Of a DNA stretch of 64,000 nt, positions 13,366 through 25,300 are shown one piece after another. Source of the DNA: Owenia fusiformis (taxonomy: Eukaryota). The stretch's first letter is position 1; the number at the start of each line of letters is the position of its first letter. The notes under the pieces are model-generated. The model did not search any database. It was given only the letters and a program-made list of their open reading frames with translations, and had not been told where the DNA came from. The DNA lies in contig CAIIXF020000001.1 in the NCBI GenBank assembly GCA_903813345.2, positions 45,570,001-45,634,000 of the forward strand, given 5' to 3'. The translations under genes were made by a program, and so were the position numbers.

Positions 13366-13746
13366 CCTATAACTTTGTTGAACCTGAAGAAACATATCAA
13401 TTTTTTGTAAGCAAATTCAATTGCCTGCCTAACTCGTATTTTTTGCAAGTACTCGGAGTGATAGATATTCTGTCATATGACTTGCGGCAAACCTACCCTT
13501 TCCCATTGGTTAACATGGGAATGTCGATTTTCAAGAATTCATCAAATTTATCATCAATTTTCGACTTATTGTAATTGGGGAAAATTGAGAAAATTTGGAG
13601 ATATTCGAAATAAAGTCAAATTACGTTTCCACCAATAGTATAAGTATTATCATCGTAGGTTAAGTAAATAAAAATTCAAAGGTAAAGAGGCTTTAACACG
13701 TAGTTCAATGGGGGAGCTAAGGTTGCCAAACTTATGGAGGGAAGTG
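13366..13746. mobile_element. MITE family A, right half (left part lost in the gap)
   Basis: Ends gttgccaaacttatggagggaagtg-TA, and the internal sequence matches other family A copies. Confidence 0.75.
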
Positions 13747-16077
13747 TACATACGTTGTAGTCTTTAAATCAAAAATGACTGATTTTAGGACCCCCGATGG
13801 ATGGAATATCTTCAGTGTATTACATGAAAGGGCTTCGAAACGACCATGTTTGTTGAGACTCATCAACTCTAGTATGTGTATCTGTGTAGCTGATTCGATC
13901 CTCATCGTTTCTGCCAAAATATTGAACTGGGTCAAATCGAAAGTAGCCTTGGACTAGGATGGAAATCTTTTCTTCATCCTAGCCTTATAGGTAGAATCAT
14001 GGGTTTGTAAATGGAATTGAAGAAATCGTTTACGATGAATTGCATGCTTTCATTAAGATTAAATGTCATCATCTCAAGTAATTTATCAGGGAAATTAAGT
14101 ATGGTTGGCAGAAATTGCTAAAAATAGTGTGAAAATATAGATTGTATCTGTAGATAAAAATCCATCGCGTCATTTTACGATTTATTGTAACCATGGTCCA
14201 GTAGGAGAATCCGTAGAAAGGAAGGAAACCCGAGGGAGGATCTGGAAACTAATCCACAACGAAAGTGTGAAAATAATGAAACAGAAAAGGGGACCAAATA
14301 CTTTTTTACGTCTGTATGGACTTGTGTGCTTTAGCTGTGTAGTGATCTGTTATGGAGGATTAAGCAAATACGAATGACCTAGCGATTAGTCATAACTGAA
14401 GGTTAATTACAATGTAACTTCGGAGGAATAACTAAATTGACGATCTTTGTCAGATGGCTCATCAATCATGCATGTAATTAAAGATCCATTTTAACAATGC
14501 TGTGTTTATACCTACAGGCATATACTAACCTAAGTTTTTCAACAAAAAAAGGATCCATAATACCATAAATCATGATATAAATAATATGCTTATTAAACAG
14601 AAAATGTCGATCGATGATGACTTTTTCATTGCAGTGGACGGATGTGACTTTTTAAGGTTAACTACGAGGGCACAGATAATGATCATTCAATTCTCTCTTT
14701 AATTAAACGTATGAATATACGAAATAATTTAAAATGAACAAAATGTTGATACGCCGTTCAAGTTGCTCTCAACCTCGTCATACACGTGATATTATGAACA
14801 CCACGTCCCGTTAAATAATTAAAGGTTTCAAATTTGAAAATATATTACCTCGTTACTCATCTGATAATTATAATACTTTAAAGCATTTACTTAGTGGTGG
14901 ATGTTCATTACGTTGATGGTGAAATTGATAAGTTAAAACAATTCTGATCTATTACTAAGCTGATTACCGGTGATAGTGTTCCCATTAATGCTCTCATTTA
15001 ATCATTAATCACATTGAAAGCTTACTGTAATAATCAAGTTGAATCGAACTCAGTCGTATTTATACCATTTAGACTCCTCAAGGCGTGTCATCTAACTTAA
15101 TTTAACAGTAATGTGTCTGGGAATACGTGTAAAAGGATTCTGACAGGACAGGTCTAAATGCAAACAACTTTAATGTGTGACTTTCTGTTATCCTACTAAA
15201 AGCAAAAAATTAAAGTGTCCGCGTCACAGTTAAACTGACTGATAAAGTGTCTCCTTAATAATGATGACACATGCATTCTACTAGCTATAGAACAACGAAA
15301 GTGGTGTCAATAAAAACATGTAAACACTTTTCTTAAACATCTTTGTACCATCAGTATACCAACACAAGCTTTGTATATTACGTGTTGAGCAATACGTTAC
15401 ATCATTTATTCATTTCATTTATTCATCATGAATATTTTACTGTAAACGATTCAATTCCAAGTAAACTCAATTGTCATTAATCACAGGCATCGCAGATTTG
15501 ACTATTTAAGTGTGGTTTTGATTCTGCTGTTCGTGCCCTTGCTCATGCAATTGTATTTTACGTAAAATAAGTAACAAACACATTCCTCTGTCACGCCTTC
15601 GTAGATACTTTATAAAACCCCTTTGGGGTTAAAGTTGCTCCATATAGAAAGGCTGACTCTGCAGCTTACTTGGATAAACCCCGGGATCAAACATGGAAGA
15701 TACCTTGGTCTCAATCATGTTTCATGCTAAAAATACACGATCAAGAGACGTTGTCCACTTCTATAAAAGTTGACAATGAAATCAATGGCGATCCAGATCA
15801 AATCAGTGAATTATGGGCTTGTCATTTTGAATCACTCGGTACGTAACATTCGGTGCCACATTTTTATTGAATGACGCATTCGTTCTTTGATAACGACGAC
15901 ATATTTAATGATCTAATTTCCGAAACTGAAAACTGAAAAAGCATTGGTTCCTTTCAAACAATAAGTCTTCGTGACATGATCGGGCATCTGCACTGATGTA
16001 TTGGCCATAGTTTCCTAAACAATGACTTTAATGCAATTATAAGTCCATATACACAATTCCACAAATGTTCAAAATTG

Positions 16078-16205
16078 GTATGTATTGTATTGTATAAATT
16101 GAAATTTTATTGAAATTTTCAGTTTCGTAAACAATAGTATACAATACAACACTGCCATATACAATACAATACAGTTACAATGCAATACAATACAATACAA
16201 TATAC
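16078..16205. repeat. (CAATA)n / (TATTG)n microsatellite in inverted arrangement
   Basis: tgtattgtattgta at about 16081 and an imperfect (caata)n at 16140-16203. Confidence 0.7.
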
Positions 16206-17601
16206 ATTGCATCCTTTTCCAGAATCCATGTCAGACTGCATGCTTTGTTTGGAAAATTGATTTCTTACTCTCAAAATCACATCTTACAATCATGACATTT
16301 GCATCCTCAACCTGTTGATCATTGATTGTTTGCGTTACATTTTTCATATCCGTCTTAAAATAAACCAGCGCGGCATTTTTCGTAACAATCGACGAATGAC
16401 AGATTACAAGTAATCTAAAAGTTGCTATTATTAACTAGTATTGAGAAGATAATGTTCAACATTACAATCTTATGTTTTAGTCCATGTTCTAGCAATGCAA
16501 TTGGTAACGTATACTTTACTATACTAAACGATTTTCTGTGATAATTGAATGAAGTGTTTTGAAACAGCATTGGTATGAAAGAAGTAGTGACCCGACGATA
16601 GAACTACAGAACATCAAGAAAATAATTCAATTGACACAATTCAAGACGAATGTTTGTCAAGACAGATAATTTCAACTACTTTCTTAATTTGTTTTTGGTC
16701 CCAAATCAATATAAAGTCGGATAAAAATCCATTGAACTTTAGTTAGCAACACACATAAGGTATTTCTAATGATTATAAATCGAGAGAAATAGTTTCTAAA
16801 TACTGCCTGGGGTATTGAGCCAAAGCGATGTTATCCGGAATATATATACCGAGTATGATTTACTAGAAATATGAATATGGGCCTACTAAACTAAATTGTA
16901 TGAATAATACATTTTTCACTCGATCTTTGCCTCAGATAATTAGTGCAAATGAATAATTGATAGTAGGAAAAGTCAGGTAATCTACTAAATCTCAGGTCGG
17001 AGAAGACAGAATGGCTTTTCATAATTATCGTATTGGATAAACTCGTGTTCCAAAAAATGTATGTTGCCTTGTCAGAATGTTTATTGTGTTACTTGACATA
17101 TGACATACAGTATGTTACATATGACATTTGACATATGTTACAAATGACATTAAATGACGCATGGTGATAATTCGCACTGGGACTACATCAATACATTTTT
17201 TACTTTCAAGCAGGTCGCACCTCTGGAGGTGTTAGACAGTTACCACATGGAATACAAAAATGTAGCTCTCAAATAATCTCGCTTTATCTGCTACAGATGG
17301 ATATTTAGGAATTTGAATATACGCTTAAATCTGTGTAAAGTGTCCAGGAATGGGATGGATTAATCGCTGACCAAAAAGGTTACCTCATCACAGAGATATT
17401 TGGAGAAATAGTTTGAACATTTTCTGACAAAGAGTTCACACTGTAAAAATATTTATATGGACATGTAGCTAATATGTACTAATACCATAAAACTCTCAGC
17501 AGGTCAAAATGACTAATACCACTACATATTGATACAGGTAGTACATTGATTTGTAAACATTGAGAAAACTTATCACTGGACCTAGATGAAATACACTTAT
17601 A

Positions 17602-18858
17602 ATGCCATCAGGTTCGAACAAAAGCAAATCTGACAAAAAGAGACTGAGATCAAAAACATTATCAACCGAGGAACCTCTCAAATTACCTGAAACAAAAAAG
17701 ACCAAGAAGCAGACTAAAAATTTACCCACGATGTCAAACCAAGAGACGCTAGAACCTGAATCTAAAGAAACCTCCCCAAGTTCCGAAAAGCTGCCCGATG
17801 CCTCAAATTCTAATCTATTTATTGAACTCTCAAAAATGAAGACTGAGATACAAAACATGAAGTCAAGCCACACAAAAGAATTGAATATTCTAAGAGACAC
17901 TATTCAATCCCAGGAAGCTGATATTACATCACTTAAATTAGATAACAAGGATTTAAGGGAGAGACTTATATTCGCAGAAGGAAGAGCCGAAAGATCAGAA
18001 AAAGAGTTAGCAGATACTAAAGAAGACGTTATGAACCTGAAAGACCGATCAATGCGGGACAATTTGTTATTCTTTAAAATTCCTGAAATCAAGAATGAAA
18101 CAGCAGCTGATACAAGAAGAATACTTAATGAATTCTTAAAAAACGATCTAAAAATCGAAGATGAGATAGCCATTGATAGAGTACACAGGATCGGACCGCA
18201 GAAACACGACCTCTATCCGAGAAGTATTGTGGCTAAGTTCAACCCATACAAGGGTAAGGAAATCGTATTAGCCAATGCATGGCGCCTAAAAGGCACAGGA
18301 AAGTTCATAACTGAACAACATCCTAAGCCACAAATTGAAAAACAGCGATTTATGTACGAAACAAAGAAGCAGATTCTACAAGAAAACCCCGAGGCTAGAT
18401 GTAACATCTCTAAGGAAAAAATGACGGTGAATGGGAGATTGGTATATCCCCTTAAAACTCCCATATCTAACTCAGACACAGTTCAGGACGCACTCGATAT
18501 CAATCTTAAAAATGGCCCAGTGATATCAGGCACTGGAGGATCGTATCAAGTACATCTGGCGAAAGTGAAAACGCTTACTGACGTGAAACCTGCACTCCTT
18601 AAAACATGCTCCGATCCTTATGTTGCCAAAGCTACAAATAACAGCTTCGCATTTGTTATCCAAAATGGAGCCAGGAAATACTATGACTTTCAGGATGATG
18701 GAGACTCTGGCATGGGACGCACTATTAGGAATACAATCGTCGAACTGGATCTTTCTGACACAATGATCATAATATCTCGATGGGACAATGGCCGATATGA
18801 TCCCGAAAAGTGGAAGCTCGTCTCCAAACTTATCAAAGACAAAATAGGAGATACATAG
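17602..18858 (+). CDS. LINE ORF1p: coiled coil + L1-type RRM/CTD (Transposase_22-like) + C-terminal IMPACT/YigZ (UPF0029) domain
   Basis: 418-aa ORF with a heptad region and the L1-type ORF1 motifs DRSMRDNLLFFKIPE, IDRVHRIG and PRSIVAKF. The C-terminal motifs YQVHLA, ATNNSFAF, QDDGDSGMG and IIISRWDNG match the IMPACT ancient domain. Confidence 0.88.
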   Translation: MPSGSNKSKSDKKRLRSKTLSTEEPLKLPETKKTKKQTKNLPTMSNQETLEPESKETSPSSEKLPDASNSNLFIELSKMKTEIQNMKSSHTKELNILRDTIQSQEADITSLKLDNKDLRERLIFAEGRAERSEKELADTKEDVMNLKDRSMRDNLLFFKIPEIKNETAADTRRILNEFLKNDLKIEDEIAIDRVHRIGPQKHDLYPRSIVAKFNPYKGKEIVLANAWRLKGTGKFITEQHPKPQIEKQRFMYETKKQILQENPEARCNISKEKMTVNGRLVYPLKTPISNSDTVQDALDINLKNGPVISGTGGSYQVHLAKVKTLTDVKPALLKTCSDPYVAKATNNSFAFVIQNGARKYYDFQDDGDSGMGRTIRNTIVELDLSDTMIIISRWDNGRYDPEKWKLVSKLIKDKIGDT

Positions 18859-19953
18859 CCATCTTAATCCTCCAATCTGTAACAAATGAACCTTAACTGT
18901 AAATACTCGATGACCACTTTTACAGTTTATGGAATAATTGAAACTGCAAACAATCTATTTCATCCAGGTGTGATTAAACAGTAATTTATATATTTTTCTT
19001 TGAACAGTGAGGTTTGCATATATCGAAACTTCTTTAAGGTTTTTACTGCAAGGGAAAAAATTGGAACCTCTCCAAAACTTTTATATTATACCACTTACAA
19101 ACTTTACTTGAAAACAATCTTTCACAACAGGATTATTTAACTATTTCTCCCTTGCAATCAAAAGCTTGAAGAACCTGCATTTTGTTCATGCATATTGAAT
19201 TTGTTTTACTGCTCATTTTCTCTATGTAAACGGGAAGGGGGGGGGGGGGTTACTAACATTTAATTCCATTTTATTTCTCTTTGAACTTCGGTCCATAGTT
19301 CCAGTCATCCCGATATATAATTTTCTTATAATAATTGCTTGACTGGTGAGACTGGATTGCCCTTGCAATTTGAGCTTTTATGCTTTTTATGACAAAATAT
19401 TGTGTTGTGATGAAAGTTTTTTGTATTTGATAATGAATTTGATTACACTCGACTGCCCTTACAAATGGGTTTTCACATTATTTTATACCATTTTCTCAGT
19501 CCAAGCATCAAGGTTAACTGGATTGCCCTTGCAAATAAGTTGCACTTTGAGTCTTGAATATCATTTCATGGATTATTCCATGGAATAATATTATATATAT
19601 ATAATATAATGGAATATATTTTTTGTCTTCTTTCCTCCATACATATTTCTGTATATGCATTTACATATGATCTCTCACAACTACACAGTACTACATGCTT
19701 ATCCTTATATCTGTAGCATTTGAGTAAGAGATGCTCCAAATAGTGTTATATCTTGTATATATGTTTGCAAGCAAATCACTTGCACCCTTTTATTTTTATT
19801 TTTATTTGTTACTTTCTATTTCTGAAATGAATTTAGAATCCGTTACAATATTGATGACAATCAAAGCATTGTGTGTCCTGGCTGGAAGTATTTTATTAAG
19901 CATTTCAAAGGAAAAAATGGCTTTTCAACAAATTTTACCATTTGAACTTGACA

Positions 19954-22900
19954 ATGGCTAATTCTCTAAAAGATCTTCCATTTTATGAGTGTTCAAATGT
20001 TGAATTTATGGACATAACACATGGACTTGACTTTTTTGATAATTTACTTTTCAATCCACTTGATTTTGACAAACACATTGCAAATGAAGATCACATTGAC
20101 AACGTACAAACAGATATGCATAACATCGCTAAAGAGTGTAATTATGTGAATATTGATACATTAAATTCAACAATAAAATGTGATTCATTTTCACTACTCC
20201 ACATGAATATGAGAAGCTTACCAAAAAACAATTGGAAATTTGAAATGCTAAACTCTTTGAGTAAAAATTCCTTCTCTGTGATAGCCATGTCTGAAACATG
20301 GTTAACTCAACACAATGAGAGGTTTTTTTCACTAAATGGATATAATACTGTATTTAATTCGAGAAAACAGTCTAGAGGTGGGGGAGTTTGCCTACATATT
20401 GCAAAACAGTACAAATTTGAGGAAAGGTCAGATCTCAAACTTAATTCTGATAAATGTGAATCAGTGTCCATTGAAATAAAACAAGATGAAGGAAAAAATA
20501 TTATTGTAACTGCTGTTTACAAGCCTCCCAATGCTAACTTAAATGATTTTAATAATCTATTTAATATATTCTTAGAAAAAGTGGCTTCTGAGAACAAAAT
20601 TTCTTATATCCTTGGAGACTTTAATGTCGATCTTTTTAAAGCAAATGACCATGATCAAACAAATGATTTCTTGTGTAATTTATATACAAACAATTATATG
20701 CCGTTGATTTATAGGCCCTCAAGAATAACCAGAAACTGTGCTACTTTAATTGATAACATTTTTACCAATGCTCATAATGTTGCTCAATCTGGTATCATTT
20801 TGTATGATATTTCAGATCATTTTCCCATTTATGCTGTTAATAATCATGAGAAGCCCAAAGTTAAAAAACTAAAGATCCAATACAGACTAATTAATGATGA
20901 AACATGTACAAGACTCCAATCAGAGATCTCAAAGATTAATTGGCATGCTATTTATCAATCTCAGTGTGTAAATAATGCTTATAATTCTTTTATTGAAACG
21001 TTTTCTGAAGCTTATAATAGGTGTCTACCAGTAAAATCAAAAATAGTCAGGACTTTTAATGATAATGAAAAACCCTGGATTACTCTTGGAATTATTATAT
21101 CAGCTAGATACAAAAATAAGCTTTATATTAAATACAAAAAAAATCCAACACTGGAAAACAAAGCCATGTATAAAAGGTATAAAAATAAATTAACTCATGT
21201 AATTCGAAATGCTGAAAAAGCTTATTTCAAAAATAAATTTGAAGCAAATAAAGGCAACATAAAAAAATCCTGGAATTTAATTAACACCATCTTAAAGAAA
21301 AAGTCTAGTCAATCAAAAATAAATAATACATTTAACCTTAATAATCGACAAACTACAGATGGCGCTGAAATAGCTGAAAACTTTAATAATTTCTTTAGCT
21401 CTATTGGCAATAAACTTGCAAATAAGATTCAAAGCAATGCTGATCCAATGGTAAATTTAAGAAAAATTAATTCAAATGATAAATCACTCTTTTTATCTCC
21501 TGTAACAGAAACTGATGTTAAGAATCAACTTAAATCTTTGAAACCTTCTGCTGCTTCAATAGACGATATTAAGCCCTCAGTTGTCAAATTACTAAAAGAA
21601 TCTTTATCAGCCCCACTTACACAGATTTTTAACCTGTCAATCTCTACTGGAACATTTCCTGATGCATTGAAAATTGCTAGAGTCATTCCTATATTTAAAA
21701 AAGGTTTAAAAGAAATTTTTAATAACTACAGACCCATTTCTATCTTAAGTGTATTTTCTAAAATGTTGGAAAAAATTGTTCATGATAAGGTTACCGTATT
21801 TCTTGAAAAATATGAAATTTTATACTTACACCAATATGGCTTTAGGAAAAAACATTCAACATACATGGCCCTTTTAAATTTCATTGAAAATATTAGAAAG
21901 TCTTTAGATACAGGGAAAACTAGTCTTGGTATTTATATTGATTTAACTAAAGCCTTTGACACCGTTGATCATAAAATATTATTACAAAAACTTGAATTCT
22001 ATGGCATTCGTGGAGTAGCTCTTTCTTGGTTCACAAGTTATCTTGAAAATAGAAGAATCATCACTGAATTTACAAAGAAGAATGTTTCACTTGACCAATT
22101 TACAGAGACTGATGTGAAATATAGATCAATTGAAAATACAGTTGAATATGGAGTACCACAAGGGTCGGTAATAGGCCCCCTCTTATTTATAATATTCATT
22201 AATGACATATATCTCGTCTCAAATAAACTATCCTTTGTTTTATATGCTGACGACACAAATATTGCGCTTACTGACAAAAATATTGAAAATCTAGTCATTG
22301 AAATGAATGAAGAATTACAAAATGTCTCAAATTGGATGAAGGCAAATAAACTAACTCTTAATGTTGAAAAAACCAAGTTTATGATATTTAGCAATAAAAG
22401 AGATCTGAACGACAAGAATATTATCCTTAAGATTGACAATCAACCAATTGAAGAGGTGAAAGAAATTAATTTCCTTGGCGTTATCATTGATTCAAAGTTA
22501 CACTGGTCTCCTCACATTAATGCTATATGTACAAAAATCTCTAATTTGATTGGTATAGTATACAGGACTAGACATCGACTGAGCTTGAATGCCATGACTA
22601 CAATTTATTATTCAATGATTTATTCTTACTTAAGCTATGGAAATATCTTATGGGGAAATGCCATAAAAACACTCATTCAGAAATTATATATTTTGCAAAA
22701 GAAATTCTTAAGAGTCATTACGTATTCTGATAGCTTTGCCGCTTCAGGTCCACTATTTCAGAAGCTAAAAATTTTAAATGTATTTGATATACATTCCCAT
22801 CAAACAGCTAGCTTTGTACAAAAAACACTTTCTGAATCGCCTGATTTCCCTTTTAAAAAATTCAACCGTCTTTTCTCATTAAGATCAACAATTCACTCAC

Positions 22901-23079
22901 ATGACACAAAATCAAAAAATGATTTGATTGTTCAACCTTTTAGAACAGAATATGGAAGGAAATCAATCGGGACAAGTGGCCCATCAATTTATAACTCTTT
23001 ATCTACTGATTTGAGAAACTCAATTCATATAAAAATGTTTCAACGAAAGTTTAAGTCCAATTTGTTAAGTCATTATTAG
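19954..23079 (+). CDS. LINE ORF2p: APE-type endonuclease + reverse transcriptase
   Basis: Uninterrupted ORF of about 1041 aa from ATG 19954. EN motifs: HMNMRSL, AMSETWL, GDFN, TLIDNIF, SDHFPI. RT motifs: NYRPISIL, QYGFR, DLTKAFDTVDH, GVPQGS, YADDT, FLGV. Confidence 0.95.
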   Translation: MANSLKDLPFYECSNVEFMDITHGLDFFDNLLFNPLDFDKHIANEDHIDNVQTDMHNIAKECNYVNIDTLNSTIKCDSFSLLHMNMRSLPKNNWKFEMLNSLSKNSFSVIAMSETWLTQHNERFFSLNGYNTVFNSRKQSRGGGVCLHIAKQYKFEERSDLKLNSDKCESVSIEIKQDEGKNIIVTAVYKPPNANLNDFNNLFNIFLEKVASENKISYILGDFNVDLFKANDHDQTNDFLCNLYTNNYMPLIYRPSRITRNCATLIDNIFTNAHNVAQSGIILYDISDHFPIYAVNNHEKPKVKKLKIQYRLINDETCTRLQSEISKINWHAIYQSQCVNNAYNSFIETFSEAYNRCLPVKSKIVRTFNDNEKPWITLGIIISARYKNKLYIKYKKNPTLENKAMYKRYKNKLTHVIRNAEKAYFKNKFEANKGNIKKSWNLINTILKKKSSQSKINNTFNLNNRQTTDGAEIAENFNNFFSSIGNKLANKIQSNADPMVNLRKINSNDKSLFLSPVTETDVKNQLKSLKPSAASIDDIKPSVVKLLKESLSAPLTQIFNLSISTGTFPDALKIARVIPIFKKGLKEIFNNYRPISILSVFSKMLEKIVHDKVTVFLEKYEILYLHQYGFRKKHSTYMALLNFIENIRKSLDTGKTSLGIYIDLTKAFDTVDHKILLQKLEFYGIRGVALSWFTSYLENRRIITEFTKKNVSLDQFTETDVKYRSIENTVEYGVPQGSVIGPLLFIIFINDIYLVSNKLSFVLYADDTNIALTDKNIENLVIEMNEELQNVSNWMKANKLTLNVEKTKFMIFSNKRDLNDKNIILKIDNQPIEEVKEINFLGVIIDSKLHWSPHINAICTKISNLIGIVYRTRHRLSLNAMTTIYYSMIYSYLSYGNILWGNAIKTLIQKLYILQKKFLRVITYSDSFAASGPLFQKLKILNVFDIHSHQTASFVQKTLSESPDFPFKKFNRLFSLRSTIHSHDTKSKNDLIVQPFRTEYGRKSIGTSGPSIYNSLSTDLRNSIHIKMFQRKFKSNLLSHY

Positions 23080-24237
23080 TTAGTTTGAACCATACTTCCA
23101 CTATGTTACATCAAGATAATTAAAAATGTATGCTTTGTAAATTTGTACATTACAATAACTGTTCTAACATGACATGCTTTATGTATAACACATTTTATTT
23201 TTTCAAAACATGGAATCCATACACCCCTCGGGGTGTCCTTTTCATATCACTTGTAAATTAATATTGTATGAAAACTAGAATTGAATAATAAATTGAATTG
23301 AATTGAATATACAGAAGTTATCGTAAATTGTCGTTATGACGTGCAGGGACCTGGGGACAATCCGGGCTAATCTCTCTCAGCTTTAAGCATTAATATCTGC
23401 CTTATTTAAAAAGCTAACCATGTGCTTTATATATCACTTTGAAGTATTTTTTATTCGCATTTCACTGAAATCATTTTTTCATTTTTTCACTGAGATAATG
23501 GGATCTACCATATTTTTAAAGTTAAATGTACCCCGACATCGTCAAATAAAGACGTAACATTTTACGCATACACGGTTCGTTGAAATCGGTATAACTTTTG
23601 AAATACTGGTCAGAATTTTAATAAAATTTCACATCTTATATATTGAATAGAACATATGCATTTATGACGTAACAATTGCACAACGGCTACAATTCAAATT
23701 GTCTTATGAACGCTTTTTTAAATTATCAAAATTGTGTAAGGCGAAGGAGACAAGCAATAAGTTTAACTTTATTTAACCTTCCAATTTAGGTCTGATTTCA
23801 AAAAGAAATTAACTGCACAATATTGTCACGGCGAAATTTACAAAACAATAATTATAACGGATTTCTTTACTTTTCAAATAATATCAAAATAAGAAGAGCT
23901 GATTTTAGAGACCAGAAAAATGTAACGCATCGATTTTTACCACAAATTCCATCAATTTTTACTAGCGAGTGGAATTCCTGAACGTTTTTAAAAAATCAAA
24001 AACATTTTAGAAATATTGTCTAAGATTCATTCATAAGAGTCGCTTTGCAATGAATAATGACGTATTCGTATTCCCTGATTTATTACTTCTAAGACACATG
24101 CCATCTACACCCTAACCATGTTGATCATTGATTGTTTACGTTATAATTTTCATATCTGTCTTCCTTGCTTTCAATGATAATCAGATTCCGTTCTCCATAA
24201 TTTTGCCATGTACAACTCGTGATTGTTCCTCTGGTAA

Positions 24238-25300
24238 TGCCTAGGTCACATTTGCTCCAATTCATCGGCCGGCCGATTGCAGTATTTTGTTCAAAACTAA
24301 TTCTTTTTTCAAATTGACCAAAGGATCCGTCACTATAAGTATAAAAAATGCCCCCTGAGCATTTATAACAATCGTAACGTATAATATTGTATTTAGTAAT
24401 GAGTTATTTATGGTATATTGTTCAGGTACATCCTAAGCCGTTATTGAGGTCATCGTGACCTTGTAAAGGTCAAGTCAGACCATCTGCAAATCAAACATTC
24501 TTGTGTGCAAAATCATCATTTATAAAACCAGGTCCTGTACAAGAAAAAGATGATAAAGAATGTTGTTAAGAACAAGTAGTCAAGTAGGTCAAACTTTCAA
24601 ATTTCGTAATTTTTTTTAATTTTTTTATTTGGGTCCATTGATTTAACATGGGGATATCATCATATATCTATATGATGATATCCTTTGCTTGTGTTAAGTC
24701 AATTATTCAAAATTTCAAATGGCTGCCCTAATCTGCTATATTTTTGTTCAACTTCACTTTAACAGTGCTTCCACAGGCCTGGCCCACACTAATTTTATCA
24801 CTAAACTGTGCCCCCTGATAGCATGATATAAAAAGCAGGTCACATTTGATTACATCCAATGAATATATAGGATAAGAGTGCCTCAAAACTATAAGGCATA
24901 CATACATAAAGCTTGATATTGTTAGAATATTGAATGTGAATATATTCTTAAACCTCGGAAAAATGATTATTAAGAGAAAACACACAATTTTGGCAGAAAA
25001 ATGGGCCACTCTTGGAATTGCCTGAAAACATGTTCTTGGGTTGATTTAATTTGAAAATAAGTATGGCATCCGTGACTCAAGACTATTACCTTTATTATTT
25101 CATAAGAATTTAACATATGATCGTACATTTGATTTATACCTTATTTATGTTGACACTTGAAGTGACACTGACAGATCCTTTAAATCATCTACAAATTCTC
25201 AGGAGTTCACATCTGACCTCAAATTTGACCTTCAATTTTGAACAAAATACTCAATCGGCCGGACCCCGGCCAATGAATCGGAGCAAATGTGACCAAGGCA
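24238..25300. mobile_element. MITE family B, long copy (TAA TSD, PIF/Harbinger-like)
   Basis: TIR tgcctaggtcacatttgctcc/ggagcaaatgtgaccaaggca flanked by TAA on both sides (24235-24237, 25301-25303). Confidence 0.65.

Larger units (their letters stand above)
17323..23302 (+). mobile_element. Apparently full-length non-LTR retrotransposon (CR1/L2/Crack group) with two intact ORFs
   Basis: ORF1, a 1.1-kb spacer, an EN-RT ORF2, and a 3' UTR ending in aataaa plus an (AATTG)n tail at about 23278-23308. Candidate TSD ttgaatatac at 17313-17322 and 23303-23312; the 5' boundary depends on this TSD. Confidence 0.85.

Noticed and set aside
12793..13574. Long ORFs spanning the first gap (and 38308-38907 at the second)
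   Set aside because: Artefacts of N runs translated as X.
17496..22439. Antisense ORFs (17496-17900, 17904-18173, 18213-18479, 18526-18885, 22038-22439)
   Set aside because: Shadow ORFs opposite the real LINE ORFs.
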